Below, in pieces: positions 26,380 to 38,415 of a stretch of 64,000 nt of DNA (positions are counted from its first letter, which is position 1; every line of letters begins with the position of its first letter). The stretch spans positions 135,470,001 through 135,534,000 of the forward strand of contig OX597817.1 in NCBI GenBank assembly GCA_951406725.2. Direction: 5' to 3'. The stretch comes from Octopus vulgaris (Eukaryota). The translations under genes and the position numbers were made by a program. The notes below the pieces were generated by a model that saw only the letters and a list, made by a program, of their open reading frames with translations, did no database searches and was not told the DNA's origin.

Positions 26380-28044
26380 TTTTGGCTGATGAACTGTAGT
26401 CGTGGCCAATAAACCATAGTCATAGCCGATGAACCGTAGTCGTGGTTGCTGAACCATAGTCATGGCAGATGCTGGTGTCATGTAAACAGGCACCCATGCT
26501 GGTGGCATATAAAAAGCACACTCTGAACGTTGGGACCCACAACAGTGATAGTGGCCAAGACCTTTGGTAATGTGCTGTGCTTGTGAAGACTCACCAAGCC
26601 AAGTAAAATCATAATTGTGGCCAATGTCAGTGTCACGTAACTGGCACACATGCTGGTGCCACGTAAAAAGCACCCACTGCACTCTTGGAGTGTTTGGTGT
26701 TAAGAAGGACAACCAGCCATAAAAACTCTGCCAAACCAGATTAGAACGTGGTGCAACTCCCCAGCTTATCAGTTTCAATCAAACTGTCCAACCCATGCCA
26801 GCATGGAAAGCAAATGATGATGATGATAATGATGACAATGAATGTTTTCTTTATTAACTACTAAAGATTGACAAAAACCTTGGTGGCAGTACAGTGGAAT
26901 TATGTAAAAGAGCATGTAAAAAATAAGAAAAACAATAAAGAAAAACATCAAACAAGGAATGACTCCCTGAGAGAGGGGAGACTTCCAAGGGTCGCTTATG
27001 GAAACCCTACAAAAACCTATGGTTACCCAGATCCCTGACACAAGTGCTCTTTCACTTTACTAGATGTGGGCTTGCCCAAAGAGGAATTTATTTATCTTGA
27101 GCATTTTCAATCTGGTCCATCACACAACCTCTTTGGTTAAGGACACCAGACAGACAGGCACTGCCTGTCCTTCCCCACCAACATTCAACATTCAAAGAAA
27201 GCCAGGGGAATGAGCTTCACAATAGACTCAACTGACAGCTAGATCCATCCTGCATGTGACAGCAAATGTTCAATATAACTCCACAAGGAGTAATGATTAT
27301 TTGCCAACATAACATGGCAGTCCTGGTTTAGGACGAATGTTGCTGTAATTTAGCCCCAGAAGACATCGTCTCCAGCTGGCTATACAACACAATCTTTGTC
27401 CTTATATTTTCAAACAAGGGAATCTAGCACCCCCACTCAGCTCAAAATAATATCTGTGTATCACAATTTCCGTGTTATTTCCCTTCTTCAGCACAGAATA
27501 ATTGTTTGGCTAGAGGTGGTGCTGCCAAATTCCCATTTGAAATATATATTTTTCGAAGTGACAACTGGTCACTGATCTATAAATTAGAAAATTACTATTA
27601 CTGTTATGTTGGCAAACAAACTTCACTCCAAAGTACTGTTGCTGAATATCTCTGTGAAATTTACAAATAGTAATTTTCTAATAACTCTACAAGTCAGCAA
27701 TGCTCGGGCAATGGAGGAGTGTGTACAGAAGAGTTTTGTGGTTCTGTGCACATCTCAAGCAAGCCTAGCTGATAGCAAGTCTGAAGAGTTTATTTTAAAC
27801 TGGCAATACCTATTTCTTTACTACCCACAAGGGGCTAAATACAGAAGGGACAAACAAGGACAGACAAACGGATTAAGTCAATTATATCGACCCCAGTGCA
27901 TAACTGGTACTTATTTAATCAACCCTGAAAGGATGAAAGGCAAAGTCGACCTCTGTGGAATTTGAACTCAGAACGTAGCGGCAGACGAAATACGGCTAAG
28001 CACCTTGCCTAGCGTGCCAATGATTCTACCAGCTCGCCACCCTA

Positions 28045-28390
28045 CAATACCCCCAGAAGCATTTCCAGGCCAGAGACTTCTGGAAATTCTCCATGGGCTT
28101 CAGCCCAAAAAGCCATCCAGATCAAACCAACCAGTTGATTTTCATCAATGCCCAGAGTTCCCCCTCAAGATTGCTGTTAGCACTTCTGCCCCCTACTAAT
28201 CCCCTACAGAATGTCATGGTGGAACTCCCATTGCCCACATTGTCCAATCAGTAGAGGGGCTGTAGGTGTTTCACGGCGTTCCAAATGCTGAGTACCAAGT
28301 TTTGATCTTTCCTTGAACCAAGACTGCAGTTCTGTCAAAGTAACAAACAGCAGAAAAACCCAGAGAATTTTGAGGATGAGGAGGTGGGGG
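28045..28390 (-). mobile_element. Probable Tx1-like LINE C-terminal remnant
   Basis: Reverse strand ...MENFQKSLAWKC... resembles the zf-RVT-preceding region of Tx1 ORF2; highly decayed. Confidence 0.4.
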
Positions 28391-29473
28391 TGGACAGTGA
28401 AATCTATCGACCTCAATGCTTCACTTGTTATTCTATCAACTGTGAAAGAATGAAAAACAAAGTCGGGAGCTCCCCCTTTTTCCTCAAAAGCACCTTTAAA
28501 AATCGGTTAAAATCTTATAATCTGTTACAAACACTGAATGAAGCATATTTCTTTTGAAGAAAAGCCTGGGGAAGGCAGCGAGCTGGCACAAACGTTAGAT
28601 TAAGTATCAATAGCATACTGGGGTCAATCTAATCGACTGGCTCCTTCCCCCAAAATTTCGGGCCTTGTGCCTAGAGTAGAAAAGGTAAGGCAGGGGTGAA
28701 TATATATCATCCGAGGACATTTTAGAAAGAGATACAGGTAGAGAGAGAATAAAAATGACAAGGAGAGGGAGTGAGACAAAGAGAGATAGACGTGTATTAA
28801 TATAATCGAAGGGTCATTTAGTGCAGAGAAAGAGAGGAACACAGACGAAGAGGCACTGATGCAGAACAATGGAGAATGATGTCTTTGCGGTTGTTGGTAA
28901 ATCGAAATGTAAAGTCGAAGCTTAGCGAGAATGGGTGCGATGGGAGAGACAGGGGAGATAAAGACAGTAAGTAGAAAGACAGTAAAGTAGAAGCAAGGGA
29001 AGTAACTGAGGACAAACCCACCCCGACCAGGTCATGTATGGAAACACCAACGAAGTTTTATTTAGGTCAACCCTGATCGAATAAAGGCATTCCAGCCGTG
29101 ACCATCCCGTCTTTTTCCAATAGGCAGGGAATCTAAAACTACATCATTCATTATGTCCTCTAAGATGATGACGTAAGATTTTGAGTATGTCGCTAATAGA
29201 GGCTTTTTACACCAACGACCAGATGGATTGCATGTGAGTGTCTTGGGAGAAACTGCAAAAGTTCTCTTCTTGCAATGGTGCTCTGGATTGTGTGAGAATT
29301 AATGGTCCCATGGCATCAAATATCTGGCATTGGAATAAATAGAATAAGTCCCTAGTGAAATGCAAATAGTTTTGTGGTGGTTCCGAGGGAGGAAATAGGT
29401 TGCCATGGAAACGCAACACAAACACATGCAAGCGTACAGATATTTACACATTCTCTCCTGCAATCACAGATGC

Positions 29474-29507
<34 letters not shown>

Positions 29508-29861
29508 TTTGTTAACTGTTTTGGATACAATCCCACTGTACAATGCACACACACACACACATGCACGTACATATATACAAGTTTCTTTCAGTTTCTGTCT
29601 ATCAAAAGTCCACTTGCAAGGGTACAGCAGAAGACAATTGCCCAAGGTGCCACACAGTGGGACTGAACCCAAAACTACGAGATTAGGAAGTGAACTACTT
29701 AACCATACAGCCACACCTCCTTTTATTCAATTAGGCAACAACAAAAAATATTTAAAAAAAGAAAATCCGCAACTGGAACTCCAACACCAGCAAAGAACTC
29801 TTTCAGTCAAAGCCAAGTGCTTCAGGGTCTGAGAACGAAATTTTAATTACAAACTATTTAC

Positions 29862-29918
29862 CATAGTTAATCCTTTCTTCTCATGGATTTTCTTTTCATC
29901 AACGCTGTCTTTAATCTC
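29862..29918 (-). CDS. GRIPAP1: GRIPAP1 coding exon (EIKDSVDEKKIHEKKGLTM)
   Basis: tttattccag| ... ATG|gtaaat; 57 nt, phase 0/0; KDxVDxxxIxEKKG motif. Confidence 0.9.
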
Positions 29919-30451
29919 CTGGAATAAAAAATAAAATACATATCCAGTATATATTTTCTAACAACCATACAACATCCACAACCAACTGCCCCCGGCCAAA
30001 AACAAAAAAAAAGCTTAAAGAAATGATATTTTTTGTTTGTTTAGAAAAAATGTTTTGTGATTCATTGACAAAATTGTTAATTTGCTCATCTGAAGAATCC
30101 CTGATTTCTCAATACCAAATTGGCAAAGATTGGCTGCTAAGATTTATTATTAGGGAAACAAACAAAAAGTGATTTCAAGTGAATTAACAGTAAACTATGA
30201 TGGGCAGTTGTAAGTCAAAGATGACCTCACCAAGATTTGATCTCAGATCATAGGTAAGTTAACATCACCCTCAACGGCTTTCTGCCAAGTCACGGTTCTG
30301 TTCCAAGTCTTAAAATATTGAAATACATTTCATAATACTTTGTATAAGAATTTTGCTTTATATATATAATAGAAAGTTGACATAAATATGAAACAATTTT
30401 TTTATACATGCAATTCTGAAAATACTAAAATCAAGGAAAGGTGAAACTAAC

Positions 30452-30526
30452 CTGTTGTAATTTATTTATAGATTCATCACGTTGAGTAATTTCAGCTTTC
30501 AACACAGTCTCCTGCTGTTTGTATTC
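30452..30526 (-). CDS. GRIPAP1: GRIPAP1 coding exon (EYKQQETVLKAEITQRDESINKLQQ)
   Basis: (ct)n-gcag| ... CAG|gttagt; 75 nt, phase 0/0. Confidence 0.86.
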
Positions 30527-31761
30527 CTGCAGAGAGAGAGAGAGAGAGAGATGCAATGTCACATAATAAACTGTTTGGGTATTAAAAACATCTCACAAGA
30601 AACAACTTTCTTTCCAATCCATATGAAATGAGGCTGTTTTAAACTCTGCATTAAATACTCTCACATCAAACCAGCAACTACATGAACTGACCAGAAAGAG
30701 CCTTTATGTGGCCATTCAACATGCAAGAAATAGCAGTCTAGTCTTTAATCTGAAATCAGATTTTATGTTTATACACTTCAGAACAACAATAAAGCTACTA
30801 ATTAAATCTTTCAGATGGTTTCACAGTTTTGTTTGATTAATGAAGTTCCTTAGCAGAAGCCAAAGCCATAACCGTAGAGAATGTCCAGTAAGAGATGCCA
30901 AATATCTCAAGTACAACAAAGAAGGCCTTCTTCTCATTTTGGCAAATCAAGACACCATAACAAACCAGATGAGAAAAAAAAAAACAATCTCAACACATTC
31001 ATTCCTTCAAGCTTTTCTACCTTATTTGAACAGCCTTTGTCTCCTAATTATTCTTCTAATTAATTCTTCAATTATTGAAAATTCTGGTCGATATTGGAAA
31101 CATAGACAGTTTTATCCAATTGAATATTACAAAGTGAAATGGTTTAGCTACTAAACTATTCAGAGAAGGAAAAATCTTGCTTTCTCCAAAAGATGTTTGT
31201 AAAATTTGCTACAATATCCTCCAAACTAACCCTAAACTCTAAAATTCTACAGATCAACACCTTGTGAAGGGTAGAGAGCTAATAGTTTGGCAGCAACATT
31301 TGGTAAAATGATATCGTACTAAACAATGTGTCATTTGGTGATTTGTCACATTTTGAGGTGAAATAGTTAAGTTTATTAGAAATAGAATTACCAAGTGTTG
31401 ACTTAATCGCAGACCTCAACTCTCATTTTTCGCCCCAGGCAATACCATTTCTCAAGAAGATTGTTTTAGTAACAGCAAAAGAGAGATTCTTCTTCCAAGT
31501 CCTGTCATGTCTGTTCCTCTTATTGAGGAACTTCATCATTTAAAAAATTAAATTTGCGACTTTACTATTATGTGAATTTGTGTTGGTGCCATGAAAGAAG
31601 TCTCCAGACCATGCTGTGAACTTGTTATAATTGGGAAATTATATGGTTTCTATGGCATCCAGCCATAGAAACCATGCCGAAACGAGACACTGAAGCACAA
31701 TGCAGTCTTTGGAGCTGCATGATCCTGTCAAACTCTCCAACCCATGGAAAACGGACATTGA

Positions 31762-31980
31762 ATGATGATGATGATGATAGTGATGGATGATCATGGATAA
31801 TGATGATGTGATAGTGGTGGTGGTGGTGGTAGTGATGATGATGATTATGATGAAGATGATGGTGATGGTGATGACGGTGGTGATGGTAATGACGGTGGTG
31901 GTGGTGGTGGTGCTTCTGATGATGGATGATGATGATGATGGTGATGACGATGGTGATGATGATGACGATGGATGATGATG
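31762..31980. repeat. (GAT)/(GGT) compound repeat, expanded from an RTE tail
   Basis: Follows catggaaaacggacattgaat tail motif directly. Confidence 0.9.
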
Positions 31981-33622
31981 AAGCCATTTAATGCTTTTAA
32001 TCTTCAAGGAAGAGTAATGCTGCTATTTCCCATTGCTTTAATCAATCACTGCAATGATATCCCATCGAACATATTTGTTAGATCGATCGGCCAACGCTGT
32101 TGGTTGTGGTGATTGTAATCAAGGAGTGTGTAGACAATACGATCTACAATTCATTAATTAACAGCAGTGACCAATAAATTTAGTAATTGATGTCGCACAG
32201 AAAAGCTGAGTTATCTCCCTTATAGCACCAACTCCGTTAAATAAACTTCTCATGACACTTCCTCCTACTGTCTTCCTAAAAAGACGAAGGTCACATTGAC
32301 TAATGTAGTCCGAGATACCCTATAACTCTATGGCTGAAAACAGGAAACGGATAGGCCACAGTTGGAAGGTCTTTAATTATAGACGGTGTCTTAGTATCAC
32401 TCAGTATCACCTTTGTTAGCCACTCGCCAGATCATCATCATCATCAACAACAGCAGCATCATCATTTAACGCCCGTCTTCCATGCTGGCATGGGTTGGAC
32501 AGTGTAACAGGGGATGGCCAGCTGGAGAGCTTCGCCAGGTTCCAATTGTCTGTTTCAGCATGATTTCTACAGCTGGATGCCCTTCTTCATGCCAACCACT
32601 TTACAGAGTGTCCTGGGTGCTTTTTATGTGGCACCAGCACCAGAGGGGTGTGCCAAGTAACTTGCAAGACAAAAACCTTTTAGTTGAGCAATGGAGTGGA
32701 ACCCATTAGAGTAGGGTAAAGGGACAGTTGTCTTATTTTAGAGGGGATACTTGGGCTATGGTATGTCCAGGTTTAGGAGTTTACACCTCCATTCTGAGAC
32801 CCCCTGTCCAGAGATATAAGCAAATACGCTGTCAGTCACTTACCATGTCTTGAATCTGTGTGTGTGTGTGTGTGTGTGTGCGTGCGTGCGAGAGAGTGTA
32901 TATATGTTTGTGTCACCTTGTCTTGTAATAGTTATGTGACTGTCATATAAGCAGTGTCACTCATTTGCAGTCTTCTAGCCTTTGAGAGAAATACGACCTT
33001 GCTCGGAAAACAGTTGAGAGTTGGTGACAGGAGGTACATCCAGCTCACCCCATGTACTCTCTTCTCAGCCATGCAAACATTGAAAAGGGGACATTATAAT
33101 GATGATGATGTGCTTGTATACAAGTTTAATCTTCTTCAATGGAGAATGATTTGCAATCATCATCATCATCATCATCACTTAGCATCTGATGTCGATGAGT
33201 TGGATGCTTTGACTGGAGCTGGTAAGCTGACAAGTTGCACCAGGTTCCAATTGTCTGATTTGGCATGGTTTTCTATGGCCGGATGCCCTTCCTAACGCCA
33301 ACCACTCCAAGAGTGCAACAGGGAATGGAATTGACTTTAAAACCAGAGTATCCGAAATATGCAAATATCAAAGTTGGAAAAACTAATTCAACTCTACTTG
33401 TAAATGGAACTAAGCCCCAAGATGCAGTAGATTGTGTCTTTGTTTCATTCTACTCAGTTAAAATACAAATTCCACAACACATGATCAGTGAATTAAATGA
33501 AGTTGCAGAGTTCCATATTTACATGATCATCATTATCATCATCATCACAATGCCATTTACATAAAAGTCTTTAGTTTTATGAGAATAATGAAAATAAAAT
33601 TGTGAAATATTTTGACCAATAC

Positions 33623-33733
33623 CTCAAGATCTTGCTCAAACTTTTGTAGCAGTTCATCTTTTTCCTGTTGATATTTTTCTTGAGAACCCAAAAGTGTTGA
33701 TTCAAATTCCTGCTTGCTGCTGTTCAAATTGGC
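33623..33733 (-). CDS. GRIPAP1: GRIPAP1 coding exon (ANLNSSKQEFESTLLGSQEKYQQEKDELLQKFEQDLE)
   Basis: ttctgttttag| ... GAG|gtattg; 111 nt, phase 0/0. Confidence 0.85.
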
Positions 33734-33839
33734 CTAAAACAGAAAAACGGTTTCTTATAGTGACGCCATAATCCACTGTTATCCACTGTTAAGATGGAAT
33801 CTAGGACATTTACTCAACATAAACAATAACCCCACCCCA

Positions 33840-33960
33840 AGGACAATTACCCGAGGACAACAGATGATGATTTAAAACTTATTAATATATTGGAAAGGGG
33901 GTTATTAATCAAGCGAGGTAATTGTTCTAGGGGTAGTTGTCATCAGGGGGTAATTGTCCT
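33840..33960. mobile_element. Small MITE-like inverted-repeat element
   Basis: aggacaattaccc ... gggtaattgtcct terminal inverted repeats with internal sub-repeats. Confidence 0.55.
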
Positions 33961-36178
33961 GATATGGTCAAGATGATGTGTCAGATTCACTCAACTACAA
34001 AAGATGCTTTCTTTCCCGTTTATAAAGATAACTGAAAGGAATTGGTAAGTATAAATCTAGCAATTTCATGAAAGTTTCCTTCAAAACGACAACCACTTAG
34101 ACGCTTTGGTTCCTGGAATCATTTATTATCAGAAATGCTACATATTTTGGAACACACTCCACCACAGAAAGAGCGTCAGTAGGTTTACTCTTCCCAATGG
34201 CCGAGATAACTACAGAAGAACACTGACCCTCTGACCAAATTTCCATTCTGGTCACTACAGATATACAGGAATATACTGAAAATGCAACATTACAAACTGA
34301 ACTTCATGCAATAAACCATTGTGCATCAGGATGGAATGGTATGGCCTTCAGCTTGGTACTGGGCCAATGGAACACATTCCACCAGTTTTAATCCGCCTGG
34401 TTAGAGTTTATTAGAAGGGGGGGGGCTTAATCCCTGATTTATACAAAGAGTGGCACCTATGGCCCTTTTGAAGGGCCTCTCTCTGAGACTGGTAGGAGAA
34501 AGCAAGAGAGTTACTCTCAGACTAGGGACCTGCATTGAGAGTTGGCAATAGAGTGGACTCCAATGAAGGCATCCAGGAGTCCTATGATGGTGTTAAGCCA
34601 GGAGACAGATTATGACTCCTCCACCCCAAAGAGCCAGAACAGTCCCTCCAGGGGACCTCCACACTGTTTCTGTCTGTAATATTTCATTCCTAATTAAAGG
34701 TAGCGACCTGGCAGAATTGTTAGCGTGCTGGACGAAATGCTTAGCGGTATTTCACCTACCGCTACGTTCTGAGTTCAAATTCCGCCGAGGTCCACTTTGC
34801 CTTTCATCTTTTAGAGGTTGATTAAATAAGTACCAGTTACGCACTGGGGTCGATATAATCGACTTAATCCATTTGTCTGTCCTTCTTTGTCCTCTCTGTG
34901 TTTAGTCCCTTGCGGGTAGTAAAGAAATAGGTATTTCGTCTGCCACTACATTCTGAGTTCAAATTCTGCCGAGGTCGACTTTGCCTTTCATCTTTTCAGG
35001 ATCAATAAATTAAGTACCACTTACGCACTGATGTCGATATAATCGACTTAATCCATTTGTCTATCTTTGTTTGACCTCTCTGTGTTTAGCCCCTTGTGGG
35101 TAGTAAAGAAATAGGTATTTCGTTTGTCTTAACGTTCTGAGTTCAAATTCGGCTGAGGTTGACTTTGCCTTTCATTCTTTCGGGGGTCAATAAATTAAGT
35201 ACCAGTTGCGTACTGTGGTCGATCTAATCGACTGGCCCCCTCCCCCATGATTATTATTATCATTATTATTATTATTATTATTCAGGTCATTGCTTGGAAT
35301 CGAATTTTAAATCTTGGGGTTAGTAGCCCATGCTCTTAACCACTACACCATGTTTGCATTGATATGTGTGTTCAGCTTTACGTTCTGAGTACAAATTCCA
35401 CCAAGGTCGACTTTACCTTTTATCCTTTCAAGGTCAATAGATTAAGTACCAGTTGCGTACTGGAGTCGATCTAATTGCCTGGCCCCCTCCCCCAAAATTT
35501 TGGGCCTTGTGCCTAGAGTAGAAAAGAATATTTCACTCCTAAAGTTATAATAGAAGACAGGATGCCAAGCTGCCACACAGTGGGGTTGGTCCTGAAACCC
35601 CGTAGTTACAAAATGAGCTTATCAACCATTTTATGCCCACCTGGGAAGGGTTGAACAGCTCATCTCAGACCAGGTCAGTTCTTATTTGGAGTTACTGCCC
35701 ATGAAGATGGGACACAAACCCCACCTTGCTTATGTATTCCATTCCGGTATAGTTTCTTTAGCCATTCCTAATGCCAACCAATTTACAGAGTGTTAGGTCA
35801 GGCACTGAATATCAAAATTAATCTGAGGTTAAACAACAGCAACAACAACAACAGGCGAATAAACCAACCTCTGCATCATTCAGTCTCCGTTCCAGCCAAC
35901 CTTTGGTCTCTTCAGACGATACCAATTGACCCTGAATCTCTTCAACAAATGTGCGCATTTTATTCAACTCCAAACAATTTTCCTAAGCAAAACAAAAAAA
36001 ATTAAAAGATATTACTTAACCAAACAAGACATGAATAAGGCAAGAATCTTCAGAATTATACGAGAAAGTAAAACAATGAGTTGTGTGTGGCTTTGACAGA
36101 GACTACGAAAGAAAATGGTGAAGTTAGAATCAGTGACCAAAGTTAAGTCAATGATTCTCACCACTTTCTGGTATTTCA

Positions 36179-36701
36179 AACCTTTCGTTACTGTATTTAT
36201 TTTAAGATGCTCTCTGTTTCTTTCAATTAATTTTAAATATAACAAAGAATTTAGTAAAATAACTTGGTTATCATTAAGCTAGTGTTATGAACATAAATTG
36301 CGACTAAGGTTTGGTGGAAGATTTTAATTGAAAACTTATGAAAAGAAAACATTTGTACAACAGAGCCAGAGATGGTTTCAGCCAGGTTGGTAACAAAAAG
36401 GTTAAACACATCTTTACATTTGGGCAGATGCACATTGGAAGCAGTTGGAAGGGTATGAATTGAAGAAAATTTAGGCTATTATTTCTAGCATATAAAGTGA
36501 CCACATTGCAGTCTCCTTCTCTCATGTCTTCTGCTGATTATTTTTCTTCTTAACCCTTTTGTTACCATATTTCTGTTGAGATGCTCTGTGTCTCTTTCAA
36601 TTAATTTTAAATATAACAAAGCATTTAGTAAAAAAACTCAGTCACAATTTATACTACAGAGCCAGAGGTGGTTTCAGCTGGGTTGGTATCGAAAGGGTTA
36701 A
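36179..36701. mobile_element. Two adjacent piggyBac-type MITE copies (family 1)
   Basis: Both align to 19509-19722; the second has TTAA-ccctttt ... gaaaggg-TTAA and an internal deletion. Confidence 0.72.
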
Positions 36702-36869
36702 ACTAAGAATGGATAGAGACAAAAAAAAAGAGCATATTTCATTAGGAGAGACACATGTAGTTACCCTTGGGAAGATAAAATCTTTTTCGGAATGAGAACT
36801 GAATCCTTTAAATAATATCTTTCCTAAAATCTGATTCTATTATACAAAAACTGCTGCTTTAAAAAGTGT

Positions 36870-37250
36870 CTTTGCTTCCGAACCACATGGTTTCAGGTTC
36901 AGTTTCATTAAGTGGAACCTTGGGCAAGTGCTTTCAGCTGTAGCTCTAGATTTGTGAGGGGATTTGGTAGATGGAAACTGAAAGAAGCCCATTATTATGA
37001 GTGTGTGTGTGTTATTTTCCTTGTCTTGACAACACAAGATAGTTGTAAGCGAGCATCACTGTCGTAGAAGCAGTGGCGTTCATTCCCAATATTCTGTGGA
37101 AACATGTCCGGCCATTGAGGAATATTACTTTGCTTGGAAACAGGTGAGGGTTAGCAACAGAGAGAGCATCCGGCTACAGAAAGTCTGCCTCAATAAACTC
37201 TCTCTCACCTATGCTAGCATGGAAAAAGGGAGATGTGGATGATGATGAAG
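36870..37250 (+). mobile_element. Composite SINE: family-A tRNA head + RTE-like 3' tail ending (GAT)n
   Basis: Head matches family A; end matches the LINE tail (gcatcc..ctacagaaa..atgctagcatggaaa..gatgatgatg). Tail-bearing relatives at ~6490-6730-, 12130-12345+, 32910-33110+, 51360-51570-. Confidence 0.65.
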
Positions 37251-37533
37251 ATTCTTCTCTTAAGTTCAAACATCAGCTTAATAAGAAACAAACTATTTTA
37301 CTGAATGCTTCCAAATCCAAAATTCTTTTCAAAATCTACTGAAACACAAAAACAATGCATTACAACGAAAGGATTTAAAATCTCTTATTTGACAGCCAAA
37401 TTGAAATTAGGGGTTGTGGTAGTATAATGGTTAGAAAGAGAAAAAGATCAGCCAGGAGGAGGAGAGGGAGGGTGGTGGTGGTGGTATGATGATGATAAAA
37501 AAAGGTAAGAAGACTATAAAAAAAGATACATAC

Positions 37534-37680
37534 CCGTTCTTGAGACAATAAATCTTCCAACTTATTCACTTCTTCCGCATGATCCTGTGTCATGTGTTGG
37601 ACCAATTCCCTGTGAGAATCACATTCTTTCTGATATTTTATGGCCATTTCATCAATGAGGCGTTTGCGTTTCTCTGCTAT
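37534..37680 (-). CDS. GRIPAP1: GRIPAP1 coding exon (IAEKRKRLIDEMAIKYQKECDSHRELVQHMTQDHAEEVNKLEDLLSQER)
   Basis: acttttccag| ... CGG|gtatgt; 147 nt, phase 0/0; AEKRKxxxDExA motif. Confidence 0.92.
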
Positions 37681-38415
37681 CTGGAAAAGTAAATGTCACA
37701 AGACTGGGTCAGTGACCGTCTCCCACCTGCTTAAGAAATACCTTTATAAATATCCCCCACCCCTGGATATGGTTTGGAAGGGGATGAAGGGTCAGTAGCG
37801 ATGATCACTGCAGTCACCCGACAATTGGAAGACTGAATAGCCATGGAACCATTCTGACCATCTTTAGAACAATGTCTGCAAGAAAAGCATGACCAATGGA
37901 GAAAACAGTTGTCTACTGGAAATGTGTAGAATAGAGGATGTTGTAAACTGCTGATGGTACCACCTTATCTCCAAGACACTATATGGTACCACAGATAGTA
38001 CCAACTCAGACCTGAAGTTCAAATCCAGAATATATCTACAGAAAACATTCCAGCCAAACTGGAGAAGTTTGCTTCCCAACCACAGGGTTTCAGATTCAGA
38101 CCCACTGCACAGTTTGGGGGAACAATTGGGTTCTTCTTTTCTGGTTCCAGGCAAACCAAAGCCTTGTGAACAAATTTGATGGATGGAAACTGAAAGAAAA
38201 TTGTTTGTTTTTTTTTTTTTTTGTTGCTTTTTTTAAAGTCATAATTAGCATAAGCAAAGCCAGTCAGGCATGTAAAGATTTTAATTCACAAAAACATTTT
38301 CTTTTGTCCAACAGAAATTTCTGTGCATTTTGCTTCTTTCCATATTTTTCACTACAATTCACCATGTGGAAAAATTTCTTACCAGAATTTTTCACTACAT
38401 ATATATATATATATA

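Noticed and set aside
38330-38415. N-terminus of the 399-aa ORF as a genuine start
   Set aside because: Upstream flank and (TA)n read-through; the LINE is 5'-truncated, lacks the endonuclease and early RT motifs, and is not autonomous.
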